Counted from the stretch's first letter, positions 48,289-63,117 are shown. The stretch: DNA of 64,000 nt from Mobula hypostoma (GCF_963921235.1 NC_086106.1:20460001-20524000); one strand, 5' to 3'. Notes: generated by a model from the letters alone, not told the origin. Numbers and translations: made by a program.

Positions 48289-51200
48289 TGTCATGCTGGA
48301 TCAACAGATGCAAAGGCAATCGTACCACGAATACACTAACACACGTATTTCTTTTTCAAACCTTTATTCTTTACTGATAGCATGCTATGAGGGAAGTTAC
48401 AGACTGATCTCCCAAAAGAGCCCCGAATTACACAATTCTCCGCAATTTATGACATTGATCAGGAATCAGGAAATCTTACGATTACGGGTTTAGATAATAT
48501 TAGAGTCATTTCAATTCCATGCTAAGATACAGTTAGATGTAAAAATAATCATTGGTTAGTTAGTTATGATTATTAAAAGCCAAAGTTATAGTCATACCTT
48601 GAGATGCTTCTGCAAGTACGGATAATTCTTTTTTTGAACTTTTGCCTATCTTTAGAGAACAATGACAAGTACGCCACCGGTTGCTGGGTAAAGTTTATTT
48701 TTGACTGTTAACAACAGTAAGATAAGGCGCCCACAAGGTGATCGATCATTAGTTAATCATTTTTCTTGGTCTGTACCCCTATTTTCCTAGCCTTTCACTC
48801 CATCAATCCGCCGTTTTATCATACCATAATGACCAATCAAATGCGGGGACGAGAAGGGCATCATCAATCTTTCCATGAAAAGCTGGCAGCCAGCATTTAG
48901 GCAGGTCATTATCAGACGGCAAGCAATAATTATAACAATGAGAATAATCAGCCCATGCAGGAAATACGACTCCCGTGATCCTCCGTCCAACCATCCTAAC
49001 CAGCCATCCTCCTTCCCTGAACATTGCTTGATATCATTCAATAGTTTCGTAATAGACTGAATGGCATGGGTCACGTTGTATAATTCGTCAGTAACATGGG
49101 TGATACATTTGTCTCCGACTATGGCGCATACCCCTCCCTGCTGGGCCAACAGATAATCCACAGCATACCTGGTCTGTAGTGGGTAGAGTCGCAACTCCAC
49201 CAATTCTCTGTTAACAGACTCCAGGCCTTCCACCGTACTGTTTCCCAGTGCCGCTAGCCCACCAATGAGATAGTTGCGGTTCTTCGTAGCTATGGTTCCT
49301 GCCTAACCCCCTAGAGAGAGAGTGCTCTGAAACCCATAGCCCAGAGAAGAGCCCAGAGTAACAGGATTCCTCCAGTCAACACAGAATTCCTTACTCATGG
49401 CTCGAACTGTCAGCCGCCGTCGAACGTGGGCACCCTGAGGGCAGTGAACAGAAAGTGGTCCAATCGTTCCTACTGCAAGGAGGTTAGGCAGAGCCGTGGT
49501 AGCTGTAGTATAGGTACCGTTGAACAGTAACATATGTCTTGTTTTGGCCCTGTAACAGGTAATTTTGTAACTCAATATTTTATCATACCACAAGTGGTCC
49601 TGTGGATACAGGGAAAAGTATTCAAAAGTTCCGGAACCCGCCGACACGAGTCGCATTGCAATATCCACGTGCATACTGACTTCCCTTAAAGAGTGGCACA
49701 CATTGTTCGTGGATACATTTTCAAGAGAATATTCCCTGGATTATCCTACATCGGCGGTCCGGACAATGTCTCTTCAGGCAAGGTATCTCCGGCGGATCCC
49801 TGTCAAGGACGCACCCCTGCCCCTTCTCCCGCAAAACAGAAGGGATAATTCCCGACACTCTCGCCAGTAATCTCACCACCCACTCTCATAAGACACTTTC
49901 CCCTGACACCCCTTACGTTCTGCCCCTGATTTTTCCTCCACTATTAAGTCATGTTCCGCCCAATTTAGCCCTGATGGGTTAGTAAAAAATAATGCTTCTA
50001 CGGATTGTACCAAAGGATAACATGGAGTACAGTTATCATGCAAATGAATATGAGTCTTATAAAATAAATTGTCCTCCCGGCTTAATAACGTGGGGGCAGT
50101 TATAACAGTGAAAAGTCCTATAATAGCCTTCCGTCCACATGCGGAGCCCATCGTTCGCAATCACTTAGGTGGATCCAGCGGCTGTGCCCTGGAACCTTAA
50201 TGGCCGTCGGTGTTTGCAGTAGGATCTGGAATGGCCCTTTCCACCAGGGTCCAAGCTTGGAGTGCTCCCAATCGCTAATCAGTACCGAATCTCCAGTTTT
50301 CAACTCCGGCCACTGCATTCCCGGACGTTCAAGCTCCTTAAGGGTATTCTGTTCTTGGGAGTGCAGAAACTTTGGAGAGGTTGTCAGTCGGCTAAAGTAC
50401 TTCTGCAATCCGTCCCCCATGACATTTAGATCAATTTTAGTGCGAGACTACATGTCAGTGGCCTATAGGGTCCATCCAGGACGCCCATAAACAATTTCAG
50501 CTGCAGATACACCTGTAATGGAGTGTGGAGCAATTCTCATATGGTATAAAGCCAGCGAAAGGACCTTCAGCTCACTCAGTCCGGTTTCGGACATTAACTG
50601 AGACAGCTTGTTTTTCAGGGTGTCGTTGGCCCGTTTCACTATTCCTGCAGCCTTCGGGTGGTAAGCACAATGAAACTGCAGTTCGATGCGCAGCACCTCA
50701 CATAGCTTTTTATTTACATTTCCGACAAAGTGAGGGCTATTATCCAAACATATTTGTCTGGGCACTCCGAATGTTGGTATAATCTCTGTAAGTAACAACC
50801 TTACCACCGTAGAAGCTTTATTATTGGCGGTGGAAAAGGCTTCAATCCATTTACCAAACACATCTACAATCACTAAACAATGCTTATAACAGTGTACTCG
50901 CGGTAGTTCCATGAAACTAAGCTGAATACATTCAAAAGGGCCACTTGGCAAGGGGGTTTTTCCCTTTCCTGCGTTTGTCTTTTGGCAAATAAAACAGGCT
51001 TATATATTTGCAGCAGCCTCCTCCATCCAGGGGTGCCACCATGTGCGGAGCAATATATTACTCATTCCCACCTTGCCGAGGTGGGTGTCCGGAAGCAAGC
51101 AATCGAGCAATATAGGCAGCAATGCATCAGGAATACAAAATGGCAAACTGGGGTATGCCAGAGGACTGTCGACACCGAACAGGTACATCCGTGTGTCTTC

Positions 51201-54200
51201 CAAAGTTGATTTTCTGAATCAGGAGCGTCCCCCTGGAATTTTTGAACTGTAGCCCTGTCTGGAGTGCCCGGCGCTCGTGGTGTTTTAGTCAGGGTGAAGG
51301 CCAATCGATCTGCAGTCAAAACAGTAGCAGTTGCATCCTGCACAGCCTGCTTGGCTGCCAAATCGGCCCTGTTATTCCCTTCAGTCACTGCAGATTCGTC
51401 TTTTAGATGACCCGAACATTTAATAATGGCTAACGAGATCACGTATCCCCAGGAATGCAGAGCATTCAGAAGCGTATTGGTGTCCTGCACGTTTGAGATT
51501 TCTGACGGGCTTGCCAGTAGGACGTCATCTACGTTAGAGCCCCCGAGAAATTGTAAACCTCTAAGCTGCCAATGTAATATACGTGAGAACATGATGGGGG
51601 AGTGCACGAACCCTTGGGTAACCTAGTCCAAGTGTACTGCTGATCTTGAAAGGTAAATGCAAAAAGGTACTGTGACTCATGAGCAAGGGGTATTGCAAAA
51701 ACGCATGCTGCAGATCTACTATAGTAAACACTTGGGAGTCCGGTGGAATGTTGCTTAAGATCGTAGCGGGATTAAGATCCACCGGATGTATAGGCTGCAC
51801 AATGTCATGCTTTTCTGTGTGAAGTCTCTGCCGTGACTCCGGAAATGCCCAACTGCCCTTTTCATAGCCTGCTTGTTTCTATCGGGTAATTCCATATCAG
51901 TTCTAAAAGCCTTGGACACATCTTCGCGGGACACTGCAATATCATCGAATTAAACCTGGGCGAAGTATTGCCGGCATTATAAGCGGCATCTCCAGCGTAG
52001 GTTGCATAAACGGAGCAGAAGCGTTCCCAAAAATCGCAGCCATCCTCTCCAGCCTTTGGGCGGCATTCGAGGACGTTAGCCATGTCTACGGGTGCTGCAA
52101 AGCTTTCTTTAGAGCCTTCTTTATTTTATCCACCGGTTCTGCGGGTGGGGTTGCGGTGGAAAAGGACTCCCAATTGGCATGATTCCCCATAGCTCCCCTC
52201 CATTTTTCCTGCTCACTGGTCGTAAGAGCCATGCCGCTCAAGCTAAGAAGATCCTTGGGAGTTCCCTGAAACATTTGGATAGTGACAATCATAAATACCT
52301 CATCATCATTTTTCCTGTTGGGGGCCTGATTCACGATCATACCCATCTCTTGGGGCTTCCAAGGAGTATAAACCTGCATGGTAGCCGCCTGGTCCGGCTG
52401 TCCTACCCTAGGATTGGGAACGGTCCTGTTGGGAAATTGCCCCGCGATTCCTCTCCCCCTGAGTCCGGGGACCCACTCTGGATCGTCATCGTCAATACCA
52501 GCGTCATGATCAGTATCCGTCTCAGGGTCTATCAGGGGTTTGTCTCCCACCAAAAGTTTTCGCCGCCTCCTAGCCTGGCGCCTATTACTTCCTCTTCGCC
52601 GAAGTTGTCTTCTGGCTCGGGAGGCTATTGGTTATTCGGACGCGGCTGGGGTTGGCCAGTGGTAACGTTATATGCGGGTGCGGGGCCGTGGGCTGGGTTC
52701 GAATGTGCCATACCTCCTGCTGCTCAGTCTCATTATCATTAAAGAGCATGGGCAGTCGGACAGGTCAACAGGTACCTCAGTTTTACCTTTGCCGGCTTCA
52801 TCCTCAAGCTTCAGTTTATCCTTAGCTCACCTGTCTCTTGTCTTCCTATCCTGTTTTTCCTTATTCTTTTTAAAATCCTCACACCGTCCGTTTAATATCT
52901 CCCACAGTTTCGAATTTCTTTCATTGTCACATACACTAATCCCTCTGCGACGTGCGTTATGCTCCCAACTACTTTGCTTAGATCTATTATTTAGTTCTTC
53001 TGCCGTTTCTCTCTAATTGGACATTAAAACCTTCCATTTTTGTTCTGTATTACGTTTCCAAATTGCTTCTTCTGCCTTTAGACATTTATCTATATCCCAG
53101 GTTCCACCCAGAGCCCAAATTTCACTCTCCAACTTCTCATTTAATCATGCTGATAAACTTCAGTAATCATTCTCTCTCACTGGGTCATCGCTTACAAAGT
53201 TTAAACAATGGCGTTTTGATTGCAGACTTATCTAATGGTTGCCCCATACTTCCTAGTTGGGTGGGTCAGCCGCCTCCTTTTCTCACTCCCACTTCAGGTT
53301 CCTGACCTTCGCATGGGTGATTTCCCCTCTTAACAATCGGTCTAAGGCTGGATGCTGATACTTCAGAGTGCGGCTTTACCACCTTAAGATCTATAACCCC
53401 TACTCCCCGTCATTCTTGTGCCGTGTCTCTCTGCACCCATTTCAAGGTCCTGACCTTCGTGTGGGAGATTTCCCCTCTTAACAACCGGCCTAAGGCAGAG
53501 TGCTGAGACAGGAAAATTGTCACAAGTGTACCCCGAAATGTATTTATGGCTTCCGGATAGATTGCAGGGGAGTGCCACTTCCCCTGTGTTTGGCCAAACG
53601 TCTGCTCTACCCTGTGGTGGTCAATTTACGGCGCTACACGGCCCGGACTCCCACGCCAATTACAATGGTTACCATTTCCAAAATTTAGTAGGTTAGTACC
53701 GCTAACCCGCTGAGCAATTTGCTGTAACACAGTCAAAGAAAAATACAATAGATCACTACCAACGATCCGCTGCCCAATTTGTTAGCACCGGCAGGCTTTG
53801 AAACTCGCAATATTTCGTCGGGGACTCTAACTCCTTACCTTACCTTACCTTACACTACGTCGGGGACTCTAACCCCTCGTTTAACCTGTGGTATTCGGAC
53901 GATCCTCAACTGTGGTTTAGGAAGGAGTCCATCAGAGGATTACACACCAGACGAAGGGATCGTCAAGGTGGGCAATTAATGACAGAGGTCAAGGTAACTC
54001 TTTCCTTGTGGGTCCACCCGTCTCAGATCACCTCCGCTGAGTCGAACTCTGACACCACCTCACGGGGATGCCTCGTCTTGGACTCCTGGCTTTGGCTCGC
54101 CAAATTGTCCTACTGGATCGACAGGTGCAAAGACAATCGTACCACAAATACACTAACAGACGTAATTCTTTTTCAAACCTTTATTTTTTCCTCATAGCAT

Positions 54201-54713
54201 GCTATGGGGGAAGTTACAGACTGATCTCCCAAAAGAGCAAGTCCAGGCACTGCCCCTGAATTACTCAATTCTCCACAATTTATAACATTGATCAGGTCGC
54301 AGGAAATCTTAGGATTGCAAGTTTAGATAATACTAGAATCATTTCAATTACATGCAAAAATACAATTATATGTAATATAATCATTGGCTAAATAGTTATA
54401 CTTATTTTAAGCCAATGCTAGCCCATCAGTTCATCATTCAGACACCTTCCACTTTTCCCCAGAACAGTCTAGCCCTTACACTATACTTCCCATATTTAGC
54501 TATACCTTGAGATGCTTCTGCATGATCAGATAGTTCTTTATATGACCCTTTGCCTATCTTTAGAGAACAATGACTGGCACGTCACCGGTTGCTGGGTAAA
54601 GCTTCTCTTTGACTGTCCAAAACAGTAAGCTAAGGCGCCCACAAGGTGACTGATCCTTGGTTAATCATTGTTCTTAGTCTAGACCCCTATTTACCTATCC
54701 CTTCACTCCATCA
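48289..54713 (-). mobile_element. Endogenous retrovirus, copy 2 (same insertion site as copy 1)
   Basis: LTRs at 48289-48805 and 54106-54713; flanks gctg/cctg; PBS 54081-54102; env 48787-50151; pol about 50170-51840 (integrase ORF 50463-50951); gag start 53247. Confidence 0.93.
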
Positions 54714-54809
54714 CCTGTACCTATTTCCAGACTATGCACTCCGGATCCGATTTATACCTATGGTCGAAGGGTAATGATCGGCAGAATCGAACGAAGAGCC
54801 TAGTGAAAA

Positions 54810-54874
54810 GTGTTCTGTTGCAGCAGATATTGAGAGCCGTTAGCTCTCACACTGAGGACACCATGAAATAGCCG
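54810..54874 (-). other. Degenerate D1 slot (A copy 2)
   Basis: gtgttctgt, 29 nt, cacactg, 11 nt, aaatagccg. Confidence 0.35.
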
Positions 54875-55268
54875 ATGTGATACACCGCCGGACGGTAACG
54901 TCCGACCCTCTCCCTATCTCTCAGCAGATCACATTCAGTCAAATCGCACCAGAACACCATTGTTTCTCTTGTCATTAATGTTCTGCATACCCCGATCATC
55001 TGTTGTAACATGCAGACGAAGGACCGACACCGGACAAGGTGGATCAGTGAGCCCATTTCCACTCAGGGCGCTTCGCTCCCAGCTGCCGTCTGAAATGATC
55101 CGCTGAGACACTCGGCCCATCCATCCAGCATCTCCTTTCTGGAATCACCGCTGAGAACCCGTTTTCCAACTCGTGGACGAGCGGATGTGGCCCTTAACGA
55201 CCGGGATACAGCTGTGGCGATAACTACTGACCTTTTCCTCTGCACCCTACCGGTCGGCGATTTCACTG

Positions 55269-55307
55269 GGTTTTTGTGCAGTCCTACTCCCGATCTCTCT
55301 CACTGTG
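55269..55307 (-). promoter_or_regulatory. V RSS, perfect consensus, 23-bp spacer
   Basis: Minus strand CACAGTG-23-ACAAAAACC. Confidence 0.97.
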
Positions 55308-55605
55308 TGTTTCGCACAGTAATAGGTGGCCGTGTCGTCCAGTATTAGGCTGTTTATTTGCAGATAAACTGTGCTGCTGTCCTTGGAAACCTCGAATCGG
55401 CTATCGAATCTAGGAGCGTAATCTTTGTTACCGTTACCCCAGACAACGGCCACCCATTCCGGCCCTTTCCCTGAGACCTGTTTCATCCAGTACACGCCAT
55501 AGTCGCTGAGACTGAACCCACTGACCGCACAGGTCAGTCTGTGGGACTGTCCAGTCTTTACCATCTCTGACTCGGGCTGTTTCAGCACGATATCGAACTG
55601 CGCGC
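55308..55605 (-). CDS. IGHV: IgH variable exon (IgW-like VH), cluster A copy 2, open frame
   Basis: GAQF|DIVLKQPESEMVKTGQSHRLTCAVSGFSLSDYGVYWMKQ...DTATYYCAK plus RSS. Confidence 0.95.
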
Positions 55606-55717
55606 CTGTCAACAAAAGAAGAGCAGAAATTGATAAAAAATGTTCCACGAGCATAGATTCACAAAGCCTCCGAGAAACAGTCTGCCTCGGGCCGATAATA
55701 AATAGTGAGACAGACAC

Positions 55718-55793
55718 CTTGAAGGCAAAGCAGGAGGAGACAGAAATAAGGAATGCCCCATATCTTGCTGAGCACTGAATCCGACTTCGACAT
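55718..55793 (-). CDS. IGHV: VH leader exon, copy 2
   Basis: 76 nt, 2 differences from 17905-17980; GT donor; 112-nt intron. Confidence 0.7.
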
Positions 55794-56042
55794 TTTTGAC
55801 ATCAGCGGCTTCAGTTGAGACCGGATTTATCGCGATCAGCCGAGAGCGCTGTTCAAATAGAGTCATAGACTGCCAATGTGAGGAGGAGCCGCCGTTTGTA
55901 AAGGCTCCCACACAATGAAACCAGAGACAGATTACTGTCCCCGCCCCCAGCAGAAATTACAATTTTCCAAAATATATTCATTTTTGCACAGGAAACAGGT
56001 CGGCGGCAGTGACTAGATCCGGATTGACAGGGCTGAGAGTCA

Positions 56043-56345
56043 CCCGCCAGTGGACAAACGTCACCCTGTGAGACAGGAAGTGTGAGACACCGGTCAGTGG
56101 ACAGAGATTCCTCTGAGAGAAAGGAACTGAGAGATTCTAGTCAGTGGACTGGTGCCGCCCTTTCCCACCCCCCACCCCCGATACAGCAAGTAACTGACTA
56201 GTTAGCGGACAGATAAATGATGAGAGACAAAGACAGAGACACCAGTTAGTGGACAGATATCGCTCTGAATGACAGGGACTGAGCACACTAGTGAATGGGC
56301 AGATGTCCTCCTTTGGGACACCGTTCAAGAGACACTGGACTGTGC
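56043..56345. repeat. V-upstream minisatellite (A copy 2)
   Basis: Duplicate of 18232-18545. Confidence 0.62.
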
Positions 56346-57178
56346 ACGGAAATGTAATAAACAAAATGCTGATGGTGCATATGCGATTATCCAGTTGTCG
56401 TCATATTAAGACTAAAGTTGGCCAACACGCATAGGGTCACGAAAGGATGACATCGGCAGCTGATATTTCAATATGCTCATGTTTAGAGGGGGTCACTTAC
56501 AAGTTAGAATTTGGGCCATCGACATGAATGTATAGTCATATGTGAAGCCAAGATATTAGCTGCATGGCTAAGTGGTTCTGGAATTTCCAAGAGTATAGAA
56601 TAGATTTCACCTGTTGCCTGAGATGGAGGTCCTTAATTACATGGAGAGGTCGAATAAGCTGGATGTATTTTCGCTGGAAGGCTAAACCTAACGTTGTTGA
56701 AGTTTATAAAATTGTGAGCAGTACGGATGCAGCCAAATTCCGTTTCCCAGGCTACACGAGGTTACAACCAGAGGACACAAGTTTCTGGTGAGAGGGTCAC
56801 AAAGTAAAGAATATCTTAGCGATATTATCCCATACACGGTGCTACGCTTATTCCAAATACTGTCCAGGTAAGATGGGGCAGCTGATACCATACGTTGTTT
56901 TAAAGACAGCTGTGAAGGCGAATGAATAGGAAAGGGAGAAAAGTGATGGTTGATACACCCACAAATGAAATAATGGTATATAGGCATCTCGGGAGTCCGA
57001 AAAATCCATTTCCTGTGCTGTAAGATATTCTGATTCTCTTCCACGGGATCCTGTACACGCTGAAATATTGCACCTTGAGGTATTATGTTACTTGCCCCTC
57101 TATCAGTACTTTTAATGTGGTGATAATGGTGGTCATCCTGGACTACCGGGCATTTCTTCCTTCTCTGTATTTGGATTT

Positions 57179-57815
57179 AGATTAGATTATGAAGACACGC
57201 AGTCCTCTTTTATTGTCATTTAGTAATGCATGCATTAAGAAATGATACGATATTTCTTCCGGTGTGATATTACAAAACACAGGACAGAGCAAGGCTGAAA
57301 AACTAACAAAACCACATAATTATAACATACAGTTACAACAGTTCAACAATACCATAACTTGAGGAAGAAGTCCATGAACACAGTAAAACGTTCAAAGTCT
57401 CTCAAATGTCCCACATCTCTCGCAGACGGGAGAAGGAAGAAAAAACTCCCCTTGCCATGCCCGACCACAGTCATGACTCTGAGTCATCTGAAAACTTCGA
57501 GCCTCCGATCAATTCTCCGACACCACGTACTGAGCGCTATCTCTGTCCGAACGATTCGACCTCAATCTCGTTCGCCAACAGCATGCAAAGCCGGGGATTT
57601 TGAGGCCTATCCTCCGGAAGATTCCCGACCGCACAGTAACAACAGCAGCGAACTTGAGTTTCAGAAATTTCTCCAGATGTTCCTGTGTGCTTTCACGTCT
57701 ACTTCCATCAAATCAGAATTGTACACGGTCCCTGTTAACGGATACGATATCATTTTTCACCGGAAGGCTGCGCACGCGCGGCGCGCTGCTCTCTCTCCTC
57801 CCGTCTACCCGACTT
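57179..57815 (-). mobile_element. Non-LTR retrotransposon 3' end with (AATCT)n tail, copy-2-specific
   Basis: Starts agattagattatgaagac (tail plus AATAAA on minus). Absent at the homologous site 19370. Confidence 0.65.
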
Positions 57816-58329
57816 CGGTAGGTAATTTTATTTAAATTAATTTGTTCGTGTATTTACTCTCCAACTGTTATTCGGCCATCACTTTATACGGTCTATTTCT
57901 ACCGTGGAACGTGTTCATCCCTTCCCCGCCCAACCTTTTGATCCACAATGCTTCCTCTTTCTCGTTCCAACCTCTGACGGTGGGTCTTTGAACTGAAACA
58001 TTAACCCAAGTTTCTCTCTTGCGGTGCATACGATCTGACCTCGTGAGCATTTCCAGATTTATTTTTGAAATCCCAACGTCTGTTTTTTTTTCAAATTTGT
58101 TATGACCAAAATGTGTTTCCGTGGGTGCGTAATGACTCAAGCATTAAATTCCACAGGCAGCCCCTCTTGAGATTAATAATATAAGACTGTAACACTCAGT
58201 ACATGGAATATAGAACTACATAGGCAATGCCCGTTTAGCTCGCCCCTGTCTGTGGCAATCATGATGCTCTTTTTAACCAGCATCTTAGCCTACTGCCTGC
58301 ATGATGCATTGTCTATGAAATTCTCTCTT

Positions 58330-59750
58330 AGATGTTGCATTCGTATCCGCTTCCACATGTCCTGCTGAAGTTCCAGGTACTTTCAGTCTTCGCATTTAAA
58401 AAAAAAAAAATCTCGTGTATCCTCTCTTTCATCCTAAATCAATGTGTCCGAAGATTTCACGGCTCCACCCTGGCATAAATACACTGATTATCTTCACTGT
58501 CATGCTCTCATCTTATGTATTTCACCAGGTCGTCGACGGGCATTAATGTTCAATATAATGCAATTGTAGTTTGTCTAAACTCACTTATGTACCATACAAG
58601 CTAATCCAGATAGCATACAAGTGACCCACTTCTGTGCCATATCCAAAACCTCATATCCATCCTAAAATGTGACGACAAGAACTGCTCGCAATACTAAAAG
58701 TGTGGCCGATCGAAAAATTTACATAGCGGCAATTTTGTTTGCTCACATTTATACCTATTGACGCGAGCGATAACGGGATATATATTGTAGCTTCATTTAG
58801 CACACTACACCCAGAGGCGCAAAGCCTTGTAGGGTTTGAAGGCTTGTGTGTCTCAATGACTCTGAAGGCCCTGTGCTCTGTCACTTCGTAGGATCACTCA
58901 TGCCACACAGATCACTCTGTAGAAGTTGCGGTAAGAGCGATAGACCGTTCCTCTAGGACCGTGGGCTGGGGTTCAGCTCAGTGCCAACAGCCATGACAAG
59001 TGAAAAAAGGACGAAGTGTTCCTCGTATGAAGTGAAACACTGAAGAAGCACTTAGCAATCTAATCCCCCTCTAAAACGTCTGCTGAAGTTCCAGGTGTTT
59101 TCAGTCTTTGCATTTTTTAAAGTTTCTGTTTTTTTTTTCCCTCTTAATATCCTCTCTTTCATCTTAAATCAATGTCGCCGACAATTTCAGGGCTCCACCT
59201 TGGTATTAAAGATATTATACAGATCACCAGCTCGGCCGACAGGCTTTATTGCTCAAGAAGATGCAATTCTAGTTTGTCTAAACTCCCCTCATATATCATA
59301 CAAAACAATCCAGAAAACATACAGTTGACCCACTTCTGTGCCACATCCAGAACCTCGCCTCCTTCCTAAAATGTGACGACGAGAACTGTTCGCAATAGTG
59401 ACAATGTGGTAGAGCCAGAATTTTATATAGCTGCAACATTGCCAGCAAATACTCAATGACAGCAGCAAAAACAGGATACATGCTGCAGGGTTCATTTAAC
59501 ACACTCTTCCTAGAGATTCGGAGGCTTGAGTGCTCCAATGGCCCTGAGGGCCTTGTGCTCTGTCGCGTGGTAGGTTCCCTCATACCATGTAGATCAAAGC
59601 GTACAGGTTGCGCTAAGAGTGATACACCGGTACTCTAGGTCCGGAGGCGGGGGTTTAGCTCAAGGCCAACAGCCCCGACAAGTGAATAAATGGACGAAAG
59701 TGACCCTCAAATGAAGTGACACACTGCGGAAGCAATCGCTGATTTGGGGA
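58330..59750. repeat. Old ~0.7-kb tandem duplication with decayed CR1 (copy 2)
   Basis: Units about 58330-59050 and 59060-59750. Confidence 0.55.
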
Positions 59751-60966
59751 AGGCGCACGGATATTTTGGGGTTGTAGAAGTCAATGAAAAACAAATTGGT
59801 TTAAGCGGAATAAATTCAGTAAAATAACAAAAAACGGAAAGGCGTAGTTTCCACGAAACAGTCTGACATAATTTGGTGAAAGTTCATTGATGTGAAAGAA
59901 TATCCCCGTTTCTCAAAACGCACAAGTTCCCTGAGCTGCCCAGTGCTGGCATTGCAGGAGGTCATTCGGGCAGATTTGCAGGCGAAGATCTCATTCATCC
60001 CAGGACCAACAGGTGGTGAGTGCGTTTTGTCTGTATCTGTGTTCCTTGGGTACTTTAAAAAATACACCGATCAAACTGGCAGCCGGGAGCTGGGCTGAAG
60101 GGGAGTGCAGGAGGTGCATGTGTCAGCTCAGGAAAAGCATGCAACGAAATAACGTTTGGGTAATTGTGCAAGATAATCGAGGATGAATCAACAGATCAGG
60201 TGAACTTCGATCTGATTGTTGTCTGTATCGTATCAACTTGATATAGCGGGTAACTTGCACAACAGGCGGGCAATTTTGGTTCGTTATCATCTGGACTCTG
60301 GGCTTTTCTGGTAAAGTCGGAATGAATTATACATCTGGGTCGCCATTCAGAGAGCCTTTGGAAGCAAACACATTGATAGTCCAGGAGTCATAAAGTTGCT
60401 CGCAGGGTAACGCTGAAAGAGCGCTTTCCTCAAGGATATCAGTAATTCTGAAGGGATATCCTTACTAATGGCGGGACTTAAAAAAAAATACAAATTGCTA
60501 AGATGTTAGAAATCTGACCGCCGATCCAAATCTGTTGCAGATCATTTCTATCTGTTTAATTTTGACAAATTCTTTTGAGGTGGTATTCGCTGCTCTTCCA
60601 TCCCCTGCCCTACTCATATGATTTCATTTGCTGTCCTATTTTCCATCGTCCGAAATCCAACCTTCTGATTTCCCTTTGGATCACTCTATAGATCGTGTCC
60701 TAGACAATCTTTCTCCTTCGAAAACATCACAAGAATAGCCTGTATGTTTTGTTATCACCTTAACGTTTATTGATTTTGTTGTGCGCAGAATGGCTCCACA
60801 TTCTCTGCTCTGCAACAGGGCCGTATTTTGCACCTATGTCATTGCCCTTGAAGTGCTCGGGCACAATGTAAGGTACTCTGTAAATGTCAAGTCTGTACCT
60901 CACAACTACTCTTACCGACTTGCTGGTATATCTGGTTTCACGCCTTGGGAAAGGTTTCATTTCTGA

Positions 60967-61498
60967 TGTAATGGTTTTTCTGTAGCAGCATTGTGCTTGG
61001 GTTATGACTAGAGATAAACGGGGCACGGAATGTGCGGCGACAAATGAGGAGAATAGTGTTCGTTCCTGTGTGGCCGACAGCGAGTGACCTCGCGGGCTTT
61101 TGTTCGGAAGAAGATGGAGAGGGAAGATGCCACAAAGGGGAAGTCGTAGACTGCAGGACAGAATGGACCTGGAATGCGGATGGGAGTCGACGACGCCCCG
61201 GTGAAATCGATGGAGAACGAACAGATCGAAAAAGTGAGCTCCGTCGTGCGCATTATACTGCTTTATTAAACTGAGCCCCCTTTTTTTTTTGTTTTCCTTA
61301 CTAACCCTATAGTCAAATTGAGAATTATAAAGCTCAATCGTTTAATTGCATATTGTGTAATGTCTGTTATTTCGAGGTACTGATTTGTAACAGGTGAACA
61401 CATCACGCTGCAGACACAGAAACAAGATTTCTCAAGTTGTCCAGGCCGGAGGCTGTCGTCCCCTAGACTAACGCCACTGGTCGAAACTGAGGGTTACA
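60967..61498. mobile_element. Probable solo LTR
   Basis: TGTAATGG...GGTTACA termini; ctga/ctgt flanks. Confidence 0.5.
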
Positions 61499-62254
61499 CT
61501 GTTTTATGTGGAACGCACTTGTTCAAGCAACCCACTCAGGATGTCGGACGGCTTGGAATTATAGAGTTGGCTCTGTCTGTGAACTGAGAGCAAATAGTTC
61601 TTTTGAACAGCAAAGTTCAATTCATGTCCCGTGAGTGTATGATGGTTCAGGTTAGGGGAAGTTTCACTCTTTGTTTACGCTCTAATGGCCCTGTCCTGGC
61701 TGGGATGGATAATGAAGAAGAATCTTTTTAACTAGTCTGTTTACTGTGGGGTGCTCGATGCAATTCCCATGAGGAAGAATTACCTAGATACACAGGATAA
61801 ATACTGATTCCATTCAGTGACAGAGCAGAGAGTGAGGCCATTCATCCGATAGTAGTTGTGCTCAGTTTTAGCTGAAGAAACCCAATAAAACAATTGATCT
61901 CTCTGCTCTGCTCTATCTCAATACGAAAATCAGATTCCCGCCAGTTCTCTCTCTACACTTGCTTATGGACATCACGGTCATACTGGCAGTGGTTTTCAGA
62001 CCAGAACCGTTCATGAATAAACGTACCCTTAAATTGACTCTTATTACACATTAATGTCTTGAAATCCACACTCCGCACACTAACTACCCTATACCCAACA
62101 CCCATCCGCCGATGCAGGGATGCTTGGAATTTAGGAAGGCCTTGTGGCTTTATTTTCCTGCATTAATATTTCTATACCACTTCCCCTGTGCCTTCCCAAC
62201 TCCAAAACTTATCCTCCCCGTACACCATCTGCACACCCATCAGGAAGTAAAACT

Positions 62255-62650
62255 AAAATCTTACATCCATCAATTAATCCTCAGATATCGCCTGTACCAC
62301 AGATGCTTTCTTGGACAGACTTCACGCTGAACATTACATGATAGAGCTGACACCCACCTGTACCTGGAAGGCCAAGCCATTGACTGGGGTCAAATGGAAA
62401 CAGTGCATAAAAGGCAGGACAAACAGGCTATGGGACAACTTCTTTCACCAGTCCACCAAACCGCTTAATACATGCTGACGCAAATGTATTTCTATGTTAT
62501 ATTGACATTTCTGTTGTATATAATATTAATTATAAACTACTATATTTTCACATTGCACATTTCAGCAGAGACGTAACATAAACATTTACTGCTCATGTAT
62601 ATGAAGGATGTAAGTAGAACAGTCAATTCATTTCAATTCAGTTCATTTCA
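62255..62650 (+). mobile_element. LINE 3' end with TTCAA-type tail abutting J (B copy 2)
   Basis: Duplicate of 23490-23968. 5' boundary approximate. Confidence 0.62.
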
Positions 62651-62729
62651 AGATACCGTCAGCGTGGTCCCTCCCAGTAGGCAAGATATTCACACTGCTC
62701 CGTCTCCCTGTTCACCCAATGCAGTAACT
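62650..62729 (-). pseudogene. IGHJ: IgH J pseudo-segment with RSS23 (B copy 2; best-preserved J)
   Basis: AA TAT CTT GCC TAC TGG GA GGG ACC ACG CTG ACG GTA TCT T = YLAYW-(4-nt deletion)-GTTLTVS. RSS cacactg(62691-97)-23-gcagtaact(62721-29). Confidence 0.85.
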
Positions 62730-63053
62730 TCGCTTGTCCGCTACATTCACTAATCTCAGAAAAGTGTCAACATGATCGCAGACTGGAAGCAGGTACTTCC
62801 TGGAATTTTACCTGAATTTCCAAGCCTGTTTATTCCTGGCCTGTGAATAAAAGATGCATTTTCACAGTATTCCTATCTGCGGACACCGGTTCTTTCCAGT
62901 CCGCAGTACTAGACTTGAAGCCATTTGGGCTTATACTTGCCCAGAACGTTTGTCTTAACAGTCTAAGTCAGCCTTCAGGGATTTGACTCTGGGAGGAAGC
63001 AATGCGAAATTCTTGGAGACAGACTGCGGTGCAGACTTCCATTTGTCGGGACC

Positions 63054-63117
63054 AGTTTTTGTCCAGCTCCCCATCACCCTGGTGCATATCACGTAGCTTC
63101 ACTGCAGGTCATAATAA
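63054..63117 (-). other. IGHD: IgH D segment (63082-63089) with 12/12 RSSs (B copy 2)
   Basis: agtttttgt-12-caccctg | gtgcatat | cacgtag-12-tcataataa. Confidence 0.72.
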